Shown here piece by piece: positions 1-10,225 of a DNA stretch of 64,000 nt. Below the pieces are notes generated by a model. It was not told the DNA's origin and ran no database searches. It saw nothing but the letters and a program-made list of their open reading frames with translations. The position numbers and the translations under genes were made by a program. The stretch is from Candidatus Marinacidobacterales bacterium (GTDB lineage: Bacteria > Acidobacteriota > Vicinamibacteria > Marinacidobacterales > SMYC01). The stretch spans positions 7,872,001-7,936,000 of the forward strand of contig OZ250169.1 of NCBI GenBank assembly GCA_965237955.1. The letters run 5' to 3'. Position 1 is the first letter of the stretch. Each line of letters begins with the position of its first letter.

Positions 1-8
1 ATCATGAT

Positions 9-209
9 CTAGTCCAGCTGGAACCGTGCCAGATACATGTCGATTTCGTGCCGGGTGGCTTGCGGCTGGTCGTCCTTCTCAAGGAGGACGTTCCCGATGA
101 CGAGCGCATCCATGTTGGTGGCCATGAAGCAACGATAGGCGTCCTCCGGCGTACACACGATCGGCTCTCCCCTCACGTTGAAGCTTGTATTGATGATCAC
201 CGGGCACCC
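9..209 (-). pseudogene. C-terminal fragment of a NodU/CmcH-type carbamoyltransferase
   Basis: TGCPVIINTSFNVRGEPIVCTPEDAYRCF motif; 5' part cut off at end A (210). Confidence 0.85.
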
Positions 210-270
210 CGTCCTGTGCCAAAACTCGGCCCTTTTGAAATAGACCATTAATCAGCAGCTTAGTGTCTGT

Positions 271-460
271 TGTGCCTTCTATTTATTCATCCGCGCGTCC
301 CGAACTTGATTGATCTTCGGTCTACCAGCACCATGCCGGCATGATTTCGTCGTTGGTTCCCGCTCTCATCTCTGCCTTCAAGGTTCGTCGCGAGCTAGCT
401 CTCGAGAATGTCACTCTTCGGGAGCAGCTCGCCGTCCTCCACCATTCCGTGAAACGGCCG
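271..460 (+). mobile_element. End D (left) plus 5' remnant of a second integrase-core transposase
   Basis: TGTGCCTTCTATTTATTCATCCG, then ATG at 341 encoding MISSLVPALISAFKVRRELALENVTLREQLAVL; same end at 10790(-), 30001, 55203, 56098(-). Confidence 0.7.
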
Positions 461-744
461 CTGGTTTTGGTGCCGCGTAACCCGCTCGTGTGCTAGAGTT
501 TGAGCCTGATTTCGAGAGACGCAGTTCTTTCGGCGATGCGGGCTGGGCTGACCACACGGTGCCTGACGTTCAGAGACACCTTCGTGTGCACGCCGACATC
601 CTCATTAATGGCGTTCGCCGACACAGGCAGACCAGCTGACACTAGCATTCAAACACGGCGTAGCAACATATCTGGACTCCTCTAGTCAAGCCCCTTTCTT
701 AATAAATCTTCCATCGAAGCTGCGCATCCATCGCGTCGTGACGA

Positions 745-950
745 GTGGGTCAGACTGCAAACGTATCTTCGGCCTCAGTGAGGAGCGTCTTGGGTGCTCC
801 GGGCCATGATGGAAAATCCGCGCGCGAGGAGCCAATCACTTTGAACGACCTCTTAGGGCCAGTGTTGCTATCGGCTTGACCCCGCGCCGGTCCGACCGGT
901 ACGCCATCAGTTGGATGGGTATCGTCGCAGCCTCTTTTGGAAGGGAAAAA
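745..950 (-). ncRNA. Predicted bridge/seek RNA of the IS1111-type element (limits approximate)
   Basis: Contains segments matching the reconstructed target (861-870, 837-841) and the element's circle junction (806-814, 762-768). Confidence 0.8.
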
Positions 951-978
951 GGAAAACACGAAAGTGGAGCCTCTAAGT

Positions 979-2010
979 CTAAGCGGCCATCGGCGACTGG
1001 AATTCACTCTCGCGGGTGGAGACGGCCCAGACGATCCGGGCGAGTTTGTTGGCGACAGCAATCACGGCCTTGTTGTGTCCCCGCGAGCGGTGGACCTTCC
1101 GAGCCCAGGCGCGGAGCTTGTCGGGCGGGCTCTTACTGACGTTCGCCGCGCGGAGCACGGCGCGCCCGCCCTGGGTGAGGAGCATACGGAGGTAGGAGTC
1201 GCCACGCTTGGTGATGCGTCCGAGGCGGCGAATGTCGCCACTGGAGTTTTCCTTGGGAACTAGGCCGAGGTAGCTCGAGAAGCGGCGCCCCGATGGGAAG
1301 CGGCGAAGATCGCCGACGAAGCCCACGATGGCGGTCGCGGTCAGAAGTCCGATGCCGGGAATGGCGAGAAGTCGTTGGACTTCAGGAAGCTGCTTGGTGA
1401 GCGCCTTGAGCTCGTGCTCGATGCCAGCGCACTTGTCCTTGAGTTCTCGAATCTCGGAGCAGGCATCACGGAGATGCGAACGGAGCACGTCGGGCAAATC
1501 AGAATCAGCGTCTTCGACGAGTTCGAAGAGGGCGGGCACGACGAAGTGAGCGCCCTTTGGGATGATGAATCCGAGTTCGCGCAGGATCCCGCGTACGGCA
1601 TTGATGCGTGCGGTCCGTGTGGAGAGCCATCCTGAGCGCAGGCGATGGAGCGCGGCGAGGCTGTGCTGGTGCACGGACTTAATGGGCACGGGAAGAATCT
1701 CCTCGTTCCTGTAGGCCTCGAGCAACGCTTTGGCGTCGGCGCGGTCGTTCTTGCTCCCGCGTCGATAGGGCCTCACGAGGTGAGGTGGGAGCAGGACGAC
1801 GTCGTGTCCCAACCTTCGGAACGTCCTTGCCCAGAAGTGAGCAGAGCCGCAGGCTTCGAGAAGCACGGTGGCAGCGCTCTGTTTGGCAAAAAACGACACC
1901 AACTTGGGTCGACTCACACGGAGTTGCTTGGACACCTTCCCCGCTTCTCCCGAGATGGCAATCTCGAAGACGTTCTTTGCAAGATCCACAGCGATCGTCG
2001 TATCTTTCAT
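979..2010 (-). CDS. IS110 family DEDD recombinase/transposase
   Basis: IAVDLAKNVF, LLEAC, KNDRADA, YLGLVPKENSSG, ITKRGD motifs; AAGGAGG upstream of ATG at 2010. Confidence 0.95.
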   Translation of the reverse strand: MKDTTIAVDLAKNVFEIAISGEAGKVSKQLRVSRPKLVSFFAKQSAATVLLEACGSAHFWARTFRRLGHDVVLLPPHLVRPYRRGSKNDRADAKALLEAYRNEEILPVPIKSVHQHSLAALHRLRSGWLSTRTARINAVRGILRELGFIIPKGAHFVVPALFELVEDADSDLPDVLRSHLRDACSEIRELKDKCAGIEHELKALTKQLPEVQRLLAIPGIGLLTATAIVGFVGDLRRFPSGRRFSSYLGLVPKENSSGDIRRLGRITKRGDSYLRMLLTQGGRAVLRAANVSKSPPDKLRAWARKVHRSRGHNKAVIAVANKLARIVWAVSTRESEFQSPMAA

Positions 2011-2138
2011 TCGGACTCCTCCTTTTCGATGCGTATTCGACTGACTTTGGCACATCGATGCCGTCTATGTCAGCGGAGGAGTCCATTCCATCACTTGATG
2101 GCGGAAGCACTTGATGGCGGAAGCACCGAATAGAGTCC

Positions 2139-2798
2139 ATGCCGACGGCAAGAACCAGCGAGAGCCACCCACTGCGCATCACGGCTATGACCCTGGGCGA
2201 CGGCCGTGGCCGGATCGGCTTCTCGCAGTGCCCCGGTAGGATCGATCACTACGCAATATCCGGGCCCTGGAAGCGGGATCTCGACACCGACCTCGACGCG
2301 ATTCAGCGCTGGGGAGCGACTGCGGTGGTCAGCCTGATCACCCACGAAGAGATCCCCGATCTGAAGGTGCACGATCTCCCGAGGGCGGTTCGAGACCGGC
2401 ACATGGAGTGGTGGCATGCCCCGATTCCCGACGGAGAGGCACCGGAACAGGACTTCGAGCACGCCTGGAAGGCCACCGGCGAGTCCATCAGGAACCGGCT
2501 GCGGCTCGGCTTCGACGTGCTGCTCCACTGCCGGGGTGGTCTGGGACGCGCCGGGACCATCACAGCCCGCCTGCTGGTGGAGTTGGGCGTGCAACCGGAC
2601 GATGCGATCCGCCGCGTGCGCGACGCCCGCGAATGGACCATCGAGAACGGCTCCCAGCTGGCTCACGTGAGGCAGTGTTCGGCACAAGCACCATCGGTTC
2701 CATCCCGGACCGCGGACGACATCCACGACCGGGCGCTCGGGGCCTTCCTCGGTCTGGCGGTGGGCGACGCGGTCGGCACGACGCTCGAATTCTGCTCC
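2139..2798 (+). pseudogene. CDKN3/dual-specificity phosphatase fused to a truncated ADP-ribosylglycohydrolase
   Basis: HCRGGLGRAG P-loop; DRALGAFLGLAVGDAVGTTLEF start of the ADP-ribosylglycohydrolase domain, cut by end A. Confidence 0.85.
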
Positions 2799-4226
2799 CG
2801 TCCTGTGCCAAAACTCGGCCCTTTTAAAATAGGCCATAAATCAGCAACTTAGTGTCTGTGTTTGTGACCGGGCCAAGGGCCGTGGGCTTTACAATCGTCT
2901 TGGGCGGGCGGGTCGTCACCATGCAGATGACCACCTAGTCGAGAGCGAATATCGAAGCGTGTTCCTGAAGCTGTTTCCACGCTACGCCGGTCGAGCCCGC
3001 CGAGGGGCTACCGTCGCCGGCGACAATCTACGCGGCACGGCAGTAGTAGTTGAGAATGCCCCCAAGTCGCTCTCGCGACACGATGGGGCCAGCGTCATTC
3101 GCGCTTGCCGGCAGAGGTGTGAGGAGCTCGTTGCCGAGACCTTGGTGGTTCCGTTCTGTGTGATAGTGCACTACGTATTCGGTTACCGCTGTGCGCAGGT
3201 GTCGCTCACTGAGAGGTACGAAGCGGTCGAGACACTCTCGACGTATGGAGAGAACGAATCTTTCCGCATATGCGTTCAGATTCGGACTATTGGCGGGAAG
3301 GCGCAGGGGCTTCACGCCTGAATCTCTCAACAGCCCACGTACCGCCTCGGTGAATAGCGGGTCCCGGTCGTGGATGAGGTATCGCTTGCCAAGGAGGAAA
3401 CCATCCCACATGTCAGTGAGGTTTCTTGCCACCTGCTTCATCCACTCCCCGTTGGGGTCCGACGTTATCCCACCGATGCACACGCAGCGAGTGGCGATAT
3501 CGATGACAAACAGGACATGGTAGCGGACGAGCCCGAACGGGTTCACAACCTCGACGGTGAACAGGTCTGTCGCAGCGATGGCGCCCCAATGAGCCTTGAT
3601 GAAGGTGCTCCACGACATGCTCTTGCCCCGCTCCGGCGCAGGCGCGATACCGTGCTCGGCGAGGATCCTCTTGATAGTGTTGCGTCCGAGTTCATGTCCT
3701 AGGTTCTTGAGTGCGCCTCGCAGGCGCGTATATCCCCACGTCGGGTTCTCCTGCGCCACGCGCACAATGAGCTCACGGATGTCCTTCGCCGTCGGAGGCC
3801 GGCCTGGGCTCCGGTTCTTGCTGCCATCGTACTTGGCTGCGATGAGGCAGCGGTACCAACGCAGAAGCGTAGCGGGTGTGGCAACGGACGCAATCTGGGC
3901 CAGCGCCTCGCGGCCCAAAGCCTGGGCCTTGACGGCGAGCCTGCGCCGCTCGTCGTCCGAGAGCCTGAGACGCTTGCCCCGAAGCCCGGCTCGGAGCACA
4001 CGGTTCTCCTCTTGCAGGTAGTCGATCACATCCTGCTGCTGGCGGTTGACCCAGCCAGCTAGAACGAGCAGTAGGAATTGCACGTGGTACGTCATCATGG
4101 ATCTGAAGATAACACCCTCGGGCCAGACGATTGTAAAGCCTACGGCCCTTGGCCCCGGCGCAAACACAGACACTAAGCTGCTGATTTATGGTCTATTTCA
4201 AAAGGGCCGAGTTTTGGCACAGGACG
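2799..4226 (-). mobile_element. Complete rve (integrase-core) insertion element with ~100-bp terminal inverted repeats
   Basis: End A in inverted orientation on both sides of one DDE gene; no target-site duplication. Confidence 0.9.
3028..4098 (-). CDS. Integrase-core (rve) DDE transposase, 356 aa
   Basis: [17 protein letters not shown]; AATDLF / IHDRDP / [19 protein letters not shown] triad; [11 protein letters not shown]; [11 protein letters not shown]. Confidence 0.92.
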   Translation of the reverse strand: MMTYHVQFLLLVLAGWVNRQQQDVIDYLQEENRVLRAGLRGKRLRLSDDERRRLAVKAQALGREALAQIASVATPATLLRWYRCLIAAKYDGSKNRSPGRPPTAKDIRELIVRVAQENPTWGYTRLRGALKNLGHELGRNTIKRILAEHGIAPAPERGKSMSWSTFIKAHWGAIAATDLFTVEVVNPFGLVRYHVLFVIDIATRCVCIGGITSDPNGEWMKQVARNLTDMWDGFLLGKRYLIHDRDPLFTEAVRGLLRDSGVKPLRLPANSPNLNAYAERFVLSIRRECLDRFVPLSERHLRTAVTEYVVHYHTERNHQGLGNELLTPLPASANDAGPIVSRERLGGILNYYCRAA

Positions 4227-4509
4227 GGGAGCGGGCCGCTGACAAGGCCGTGCAGCGTCGGAAAAGAAGCCATCCGGGAGGCCCAAGAATCGAGCTCGGG
4301 GCTACCGCGGCGTAGCTGGCCTAGCCCGTTCTGGTCCAGGTGCGGCCCTGGCCTTATGGATATCCCGTCCTGTGCCAAAACTCGGCGCTTTTGAAATAGA
4401 CCATAAATCAGCAGCTCAGTACCTGTGTTTGCGACCGGACCAAGGGCCCATCGATAGGCGATCTTCTTTTATGCGGATCACAACGAGGCATGGCATACTC
4501 TGTAAGCGT

Positions 4510-5037
4510 ATGCATACCTTTGCTGAACGCGTCGTTGGCGCTGCCCGTCTGAAACCAAACATCTACGAGGAGGTCGAGGCGGATCCGAGAGCCACCGCGC
4601 AGGCGATGGGTGTGGTTGTCCTCTCGAGCGTGGCCGGCGGTATCGGCCTGGCGGGGGGCCAGGGCGCGGACTTCATCGTCGGCACCCTGGGGGCGCTGCT
4701 CGGCTGGCTCATCTGGGCTGTCCTGATCTACGTCCTCGGCACCAAGGTCTTCGCGCAGCCCCAGACGCGCTCCGATGTGGGGGAGTTGCTCCGGACCACC
4801 GGCTTCGCGGCGGCCCCAGGCGTGGTGCGCGTGCTTGGCATCGTGCCAGGGCTGCTCGGCGACCTGCTTCTTCTGGTGGTAGCGATCTGGATGCTCGTCG
4901 CGATGGTGGTGGCGGTGCGGCAGGCGCTTGATTTCACGACGACATGGCGCGCGGTGGTGGTGTGCGTGGCCGGGTGGGGTGTCATGCTCGTGCTGATCGC
5001 CGTGAGCGGCGGCTTCATGAGCCCTGTCGGCCAATAG
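4510..5037 (+). CDS. Yip1-like membrane protein
   Basis: YEEVEADPRAT followed by about 5 hydrophobic segments; LRTTGFAAAPG. Confidence 0.7.
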   Translation: MHTFAERVVGAARLKPNIYEEVEADPRATAQAMGVVVLSSVAGGIGLAGGQGADFIVGTLGALLGWLIWAVLIYVLGTKVFAQPQTRSDVGELLRTTGFAAAPGVVRVLGIVPGLLGDLLLLVVAIWMLVAMVVAVRQALDFTTTWRAVVVCVAGWGVMLVLIAVSGGFMSPVGQ

Positions 5038-5368
5038 CCGGATGGGGCACGCGGGCTGCACGGTGCCGCCGTGGTCGAGGACGGCATTGATGTCCGGGGA
5101 GTCAGACCGCAGGGGTTGCTTGAGTTGCACCTGTTGGGCTTCCGGCCTATCGCGGATGATGTCGATGACAAGAAGCTGCGAACGTGCAAATAAAACCCTG
5201 TGTTGCACGTTCGCATGTGGGAGGCTGGGTGTACGGCATTTTCACCCGCCTTCCCTCACAAGGGCGTCGTTGGGTCTTCGTCATACCCGCGACGCTATCA
5301 AGGGGCGCGGCGTCTCCCTGTTTCTCCTTAGGCGCTGCGCTCCTACCCCCTCTTGAAAGGAGAGTCGA

Positions 5369-5656
5369 ATGATGAAACGTGAGGAACGCGATCTACAGCA
5401 AGTCCTTGTAGGTGACGGTGTGGAATCGGCTGTGTTCGACAAGTCTCGAGCAATAGAACACAAGGTCGAACCGGGGACAGGGTTCGATCACACTCCGGGC
5501 GAGTCCCTTTGGGAAACCGAGTTTCACAATTATGTGCGCCCGGCCGACGGCAACGTGTGGGTGCAGATTAGCAAGAGCAAGGCTCATGCTTGGCTGTCTC
5601 ATCATGGCAAACACGAACACGTAAACGATGATGAGTTCAATAGGATTCTCATCTAA
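5369..5656 (+). CDS. Hypothetical protein
   Basis: 95-aa ORF with AAGGAGA upstream; no recognised motif. Confidence 0.35.
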   Translation: MMKREERDLQQVLVGDGVESAVFDKSRAIEHKVEPGTGFDHTPGESLWETEFHNYVRPADGNVWVQISKSKAHAWLSHHGKHEHVNDDEFNRILI

Positions 5657-5747
5657 GCCAGAGCATGAGGGGGGGACCCTGTTCGTGCATATAGAGGTTC
5701 CCTACAACGCTTTGGGGCTTGATTCCATAAACGGGGGTATCTGAGGG

Positions 5748-7187
5748 GTGCTGGACAGCCAGTTGAGGTCGTTTCAACGGACGTGGATTCGACGTTCTCT
5801 GGCTCCTGGTATTGACTTGGGAGTCCTGAGTATTCCGCGTGGAAACGGAAAAACGGCGTTAGCAGCCCACGTTGTTGCGCTGGCGATGACACCTGGCTCC
5901 AGTCTCTACAAGCCCAACAACGAGGTCGTGTTGATTAGCGGTAGCACGGCTCAAAGCAGGTTCGCTCACAAGTTTGTGAAACGGGAGCTTGAAGAACTGG
6001 GCCTGTACCGTTGGAGCTCGTCTCTAACTTCGATGGGCGCTCGGGACACTAAGAACGGCGTCGAGCTCCGGGTGATGTCGAGCAATCCGCGAACGGCTCA
6101 CGGGCTTGTCGGTGTGTCTATGGTTTTCTGCGACGAACCTTCAAGTTGGGAAAACCAAGCGGGCTCCGATATGTGGGACGCGATTCTCACGGCGCAAGGG
6201 AAGCCGTCGAGCAAACTCCGTGTTCTGGCCGTTGGCACTCGTGCGCCTTCGCGGCCGGGCTCATGGTGGCTTGCGCTTATCGACAAGGGCTCGGGCGGGA
6301 GCGTGTACGTTCAAGAGCTCCGCGGCCGTCTCGATCGCTGGGATTCATGGGCAGAGATTAGACGGTGCAATCCGCTCACTGAAATCTCGTCGGAGTTTCG
6401 CAAGAAGCTGTTGCAAGAGAGAGACGCAGCAAGAAAAGACGAGAGGTTGAAAGCCAGATTTTTGAGTTTTCGGTTGAACCTGGAAAGCACCGACGAATCC
6501 ACAATGCTGCTTACCGTTCCCGAGTGGCGAAAGTGCGAGGGCCGCGAGCTCGGGCCGGACTGCGGTGCGCCAGTGGTCGGCGTCGATTTGGGCTCGGGTA
6601 GGTCGTGGAGTGCAGCCACCGCCGTTTTTCCTGGTGGGCGTGTTGAAGCGGTCGCGATCACAAGCGGGCTTCCCGATATCGCAGCACAGGAAAAAAGAGA
6701 CGTTGCGGTGAGAGGAGCCTATCAACGGCTTGTTGATGAGGGCTCGTTGTTGGTAGACCGTGGCAGGAATATTCCACGGGTTTCCGTTCTGGCCGATGAA
6801 GTTCTTAGGCGATGGCCGGGGCTCGCGTTCTTGGTGTGCGATAGGTTTAGACTCCCCGAGCTCCTGGACGCCTTCGCCGGCAAGGTTCGCATTTTCCCAA
6901 GGGTAACTCGATGGTCGGAAAGCTCCGCCGATATACGCGCTGTACGTGCGCTTGCCTTGGATGGCGAGCTCAGTGTTGAGCCTTCGTCTCGGGCGTTGAT
7001 GCGCGTTGCGCTGGCGGCCGCGACGGTGCAGAGCGACACATCCGGGAATTGCAGACTTATCAAGGCTGGTACAAACCAAACCGAGCGAGATGATCCAGCA
7101 CATGCTTTTGTTCTAGCGGCGGGCGCGTTGTCGAGGTTTCGGAAGTCCGCTCCTCCGGTCCTTCATATCGTGAGGCGGACGGGTTGA
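5748..7187 (+). CDS. Phage terminase large subunit
   Basis: IPRGNGKT Walker A, VFCDE Walker B, VGVDLG nuclease acidic motif, RDDPAHAFVLA. Confidence 0.85.
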   Translation: MLDSQLRSFQRTWIRRSLAPGIDLGVLSIPRGNGKTALAAHVVALAMTPGSSLYKPNNEVVLISGSTAQSRFAHKFVKRELEELGLYRWSSSLTSMGARDTKNGVELRVMSSNPRTAHGLVGVSMVFCDEPSSWENQAGSDMWDAILTAQGKPSSKLRVLAVGTRAPSRPGSWWLALIDKGSGGSVYVQELRGRLDRWDSWAEIRRCNPLTEISSEFRKKLLQERDAARKDERLKARFLSFRLNLESTDESTMLLTVPEWRKCEGRELGPDCGAPVVGVDLGSGRSWSAATAVFPGGRVEAVAITSGLPDIAAQEKRDVAVRGAYQRLVDEGSLLVDRGRNIPRVSVLADEVLRRWPGLAFLVCDRFRLPELLDAFAGKVRIFPRVTRWSESSADIRAVRALALDGELSVEPSSRALMRVALAAATVQSDTSGNCRLIKAGTNQTERDDPAHAFVLAAGALSRFRKSAPPVLHIVRRTG

Positions 7188-7456
7188 GGCGTTCCCGTGA
7201 TAGGCGCTGGCAAGCGGGCTGGCAGCGGACAAGGCGCAAGGCGAAGGATAGAGACGATTGGCGCTGCCAGCGGTGCGGTCGCGTAGGCGGAAGCGTCGGC
7301 GGAAGATTGGAAGTTCACCACTTGCGGCCGGTGAAGGATGGCGGGGGGGACGAGCTCTCGAACCTCACTGTTTTGTGTAGAAGCTGCCATATCGACGGCC
7401 ATCGTTCCGAACCCAAAGGGAAAGCAGAGTGGAGGCGGTGGCTTCGTGCGTGTTGA
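7184..7456 (+). CDS. Phage HNH endonuclease
   Basis: RDDWRCQRCG...LEVHHLRP...NLTVLCRSCH. Confidence 0.85.
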   Translation: MRRSRDRRWQAGWQRTRRKAKDRDDWRCQRCGRVGGSVGGRLEVHHLRPVKDGGGDELSNLTVLCRSCHIDGHRSEPKGKAEWRRWLRAC

Positions 7457-7506
7457 GGTTGCACATTTTTTGTGCATGTGCACATTTTTTGTGCTATCGT
7501 CTTTTC

Positions 7507-7771
7507 ATGACCGCAAGCCAAAAATCGACCATCAAGCTGAGCTCCGCTCGGCAGAAGTTGAACGAATTACTAGCCATCGAAGAGCGCTCAGAAGAACAGA
7601 ACACCGAGCTTGAAACCCTGACGGATTCGGTGCAATCGCTCGAACCCGAGCTCAGGGCGAGCATCGCGGCCGCAGGTGAGGATGTAGTCGAGACGACGGT
7701 CGAGACTCCAGAGGGCCGCGAGCTCCGGTCGCTCATCGACAAGGCGAGCATCGGCGGGATCGTCTCTCACT
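7507..7771 (+). pseudogene. N-terminal coiled-coil (delta-domain-like) fragment of a probable major capsid protein
   Basis: MTASQKSTIKLSSARQKLNELL...EGRELRSLIDKAS directly after terL-HNH; joins rve transposase sequence at 7772. Confidence 0.5.
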
Positions 7772-8154
7772 GAGGTGGCGGTACCAGCGCAGAAGCGTAG
7801 CGGGTGTGGCAACGGACGCAATCTGGGCCAGCGCCTCGCGGCCCAAAGCCTGGGCCTTGACCGCGAGCCTGCGCCGCTCGTCGTCCGAGAGCCTGAGACG
7901 CTTGCCCCGAAGCCCGGCTCGGAGCACACGGTTCTCCTCTTGCAGGTAGTCGATCACATCCTGCTGCTGGCGGTTGACCCAGCCAGCTAGAACGAGCAGT
8001 AGGAATTGCACGTGGTACGTCATCATGGAGCTGAAGATAACACCCTCGGGCCAGACGATTGTAAAGCCTACGGCCCTTGGCCCCGGCGCAAACACAGACA
8101 CTAAGCTGCTGATTTATGGCCTATTTCAAAAGGGCCGAGTTTTGGCACAGGACG
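7772..8154 (-). mobile_element. Truncated rve element (end A plus 5' part of transposase)
   Basis: Near-identical to 3844-4226. Confidence 0.9.
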
Positions 8155-8298
8155 AGGTCCGCGTCGTGTTCAAAAAACACAAACGCGTTGCCAAGCCCTT
8201 GATGGTGGCGCTCTCCATGATAATGATAGATGAACTCGGCGACGGCCCCGCGCGCAGGTCTTAGAGTTCGTTTGTATTTTTGGACACGACGCGCTCGA

Positions 8299-9495
8299 CT
8301 AGGCGGGCTTGCTCCACCACCATCTCGGCGCACGCCGCGCGCCGCCGGCCAAGAGCGTATCCAGCAAGAGCATGGGTCGTCTCAGAAACGACCCCATGAG
8401 TCGGAAGCGGATCTTGTTCACCCAACGCGGGTAGCCCCGGTTGTAAGGACAGACTCTCAAGCAAATGGAACAATCGGTGACTTGCTTCACCCAAAAGCTG
8501 AAGCATTTTTCGGCGTCGGTGGTCCACTTCTTGACGCCGCGGATGTTGGATCGGTTGTATATCCGCTTCGATGGGTCGTCCCAGGTAATCGCCTGAGGGG
8601 GACACTCCGCGCTGCAGCGTCGGCATGTGTTGCAGAACTCTTTTACACCGAACCTCTTCGGCCGGTCGTGACCGAGCGGCAGATCGGTAAACACCTTTCC
8701 GATTCGTAAGCGCGGTCCCAGCTCTTCGGTGATGAGCAGACCGTGGCGGCCGTATTCGCCGAGTCCCGCCTTGATCGCGTAAGGAATGCTAGCCGCAGTG
8801 TCGTTCATACTGGCGTAGGCCCGATACCCCAGGTTGCGGATGTATTGCGCGAGTGCCAGCAAAGTCACTGCGTCTTTAGAATAGCCGACCCCGGTCGCGG
8901 TCCCGCTGAGAGCCGAGGGGACGGTCTTGAGGAGGTCATGATCCATCTCATGCACCACCACGATGACCGAGGTCATCCCCTCCGGGAGATCCATGGGCGC
9001 CTCGCCCTCGGTGGCCCGGTTATATTTGTGGCTATAGACCCATCGTTCGTCGTAATAGGTGATACCTGTCAGATCGGCCCCCATTAGCTTGGCGACCTTC
9101 TTGATCTCCCGACTCATCTCCTCCGGGTCGCGGATCTCGCGCTGCTCGCTCGCGCCCTCACGGTGTGCGGTCAGATAGTCGAGAAAACCCTCGCGTCGAT
9201 CTTCGTGAAGAAGCCTCTCGGCGAAAAAGTCTGCGACGTGCCAACCTGCGTTACGGAGGGCGAAGTCCTTTTGGTGATAGCCATCGACGTGACGCCATTC
9301 CTCCAAGGGGAGACGATAGGATTGATAGAACTTATCGGTGTCTTTCGACCGAATGGTGGAATCCCAGAAGGAACGGCTGAAGATGTCCTCTCTTTGATTG
9401 AAGCGGCGGAAATCTTCGCTGATTTCGAACCGGGCGTCCTCGTCGGTGGCACAAGGGCGTCGGCACGTCGTGCATTTCGAGTGGTGTTTGCTCAT
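8299..9495 (-). CDS. Reductive dehalogenase-like cobalamin/2x[4Fe-4S] protein
   Basis: AGLGEYGRHGLLITEELGPRLRIGKVFTDLPL; FCNTCRRCSAECP and C...CSICLRVCP ferredoxin motifs; GADLTGI. Confidence 0.85.
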   Translation of the reverse strand: MSKHHSKCTTCRRPCATDEDARFEISEDFRRFNQREDIFSRSFWDSTIRSKDTDKFYQSYRLPLEEWRHVDGYHQKDFALRNAGWHVADFFAERLLHEDRREGFLDYLTAHREGASEQREIRDPEEMSREIKKVAKLMGADLTGITYYDERWVYSHKYNRATEGEAPMDLPEGMTSVIVVVHEMDHDLLKTVPSALSGTATGVGYSKDAVTLLALAQYIRNLGYRAYASMNDTAASIPYAIKAGLGEYGRHGLLITEELGPRLRIGKVFTDLPLGHDRPKRFGVKEFCNTCRRCSAECPPQAITWDDPSKRIYNRSNIRGVKKWTTDAEKCFSFWVKQVTDCSICLRVCPYNRGYPRWVNKIRFRLMGSFLRRPMLLLDTLLAGGARRAPRWWWSKPA

Positions 9496-10009
9496 CTCAG
9501 GAATCGACTCCCGTTTCGCGACGGTAGGTGCTTCCGCAATTAAGTGTTGGCGGCCAGACCGTAACCGGTCTGCGTGCTAGAGTTTGAACCAGAATTCTGA
9601 AGACACAGTTCTCTCATCGTCAGGGCCGAGCCGAAGTGAAGAATAGCAGATGTCTCAATCCCCGTCGTGTCCAAAAACACGAACGAACTCAAGACCTGCA
9701 TCAGCCGGAGCGTTTCGGATAGACGCGTCTACGCTTGCTTCGCCAAGGGAAGCTGGAATGCTCGGTCATGAGCACGCCGATCCAACCCTGGGACGTTCTT
9801 GGTCGTCGCGGTAGAGGTATTTGAATGCTAGTGTCAGTTGGCCCAGGTGTGTCGGCGAACGCCATCGCCATTAATAAGGATGTCGGCGTGCACACAGACA
9901 CTGCCTTGGTGCATAAATACAGGTAAGTCATTGATTCCATTGACTCTGCTATTTTTGCACCAAAAACGTAACCTGCTGATTCCTTTAGAGTTGTCCAGAG
10001 CTATGCACC

Positions 10010-10225
10010 AAGGCAGGTCGTTGGTGGTGAGGTCTGGACTGATCAGGGTCCAGGTCGTTCCCATGTCCGTGCTGCGATGGACGAACTGGCTCCCGAAATA
10101 GAGCGCCCCGTCGTGCGGGTCGATCGCCATCCCTGGGTTCCAGTTGAACCGGAGCTTGGTCGCCTCGGGATGGGCCGGCACGATGGATTTGCGCTCGCCG
10201 GTTTGAAGATCGGACCGGACGACCC
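10010..10225 (-). pseudogene. Internal fragment of a BNR/VPS10-repeat glycosyl hydrolase
   Basis: RFNWNPGMAIDPHD...YFGSQFVHRSTDMGTTWTLISPDLTTND; cut by end A. Confidence 0.8.

Larger units (their letters stand above)
669..2093 (-). mobile_element. IS110 family, IS1111-type element
   Basis: Subterminal inverted repeats TGGACTCCT (673-681) and AGGAGTCCA (2077-2085); CA core at 667-668 and 2092-2093; long non-coding region downstream of the gene. Confidence 0.9.

Noticed and set aside
4099-4173. N-terminal extension [12 protein letters not shown] of the transposase, and short ORFs starting MVYFKRAEF/MAQDG/MPKLG
   Set aside because: These are translations of the terminal repeat, not independent genes
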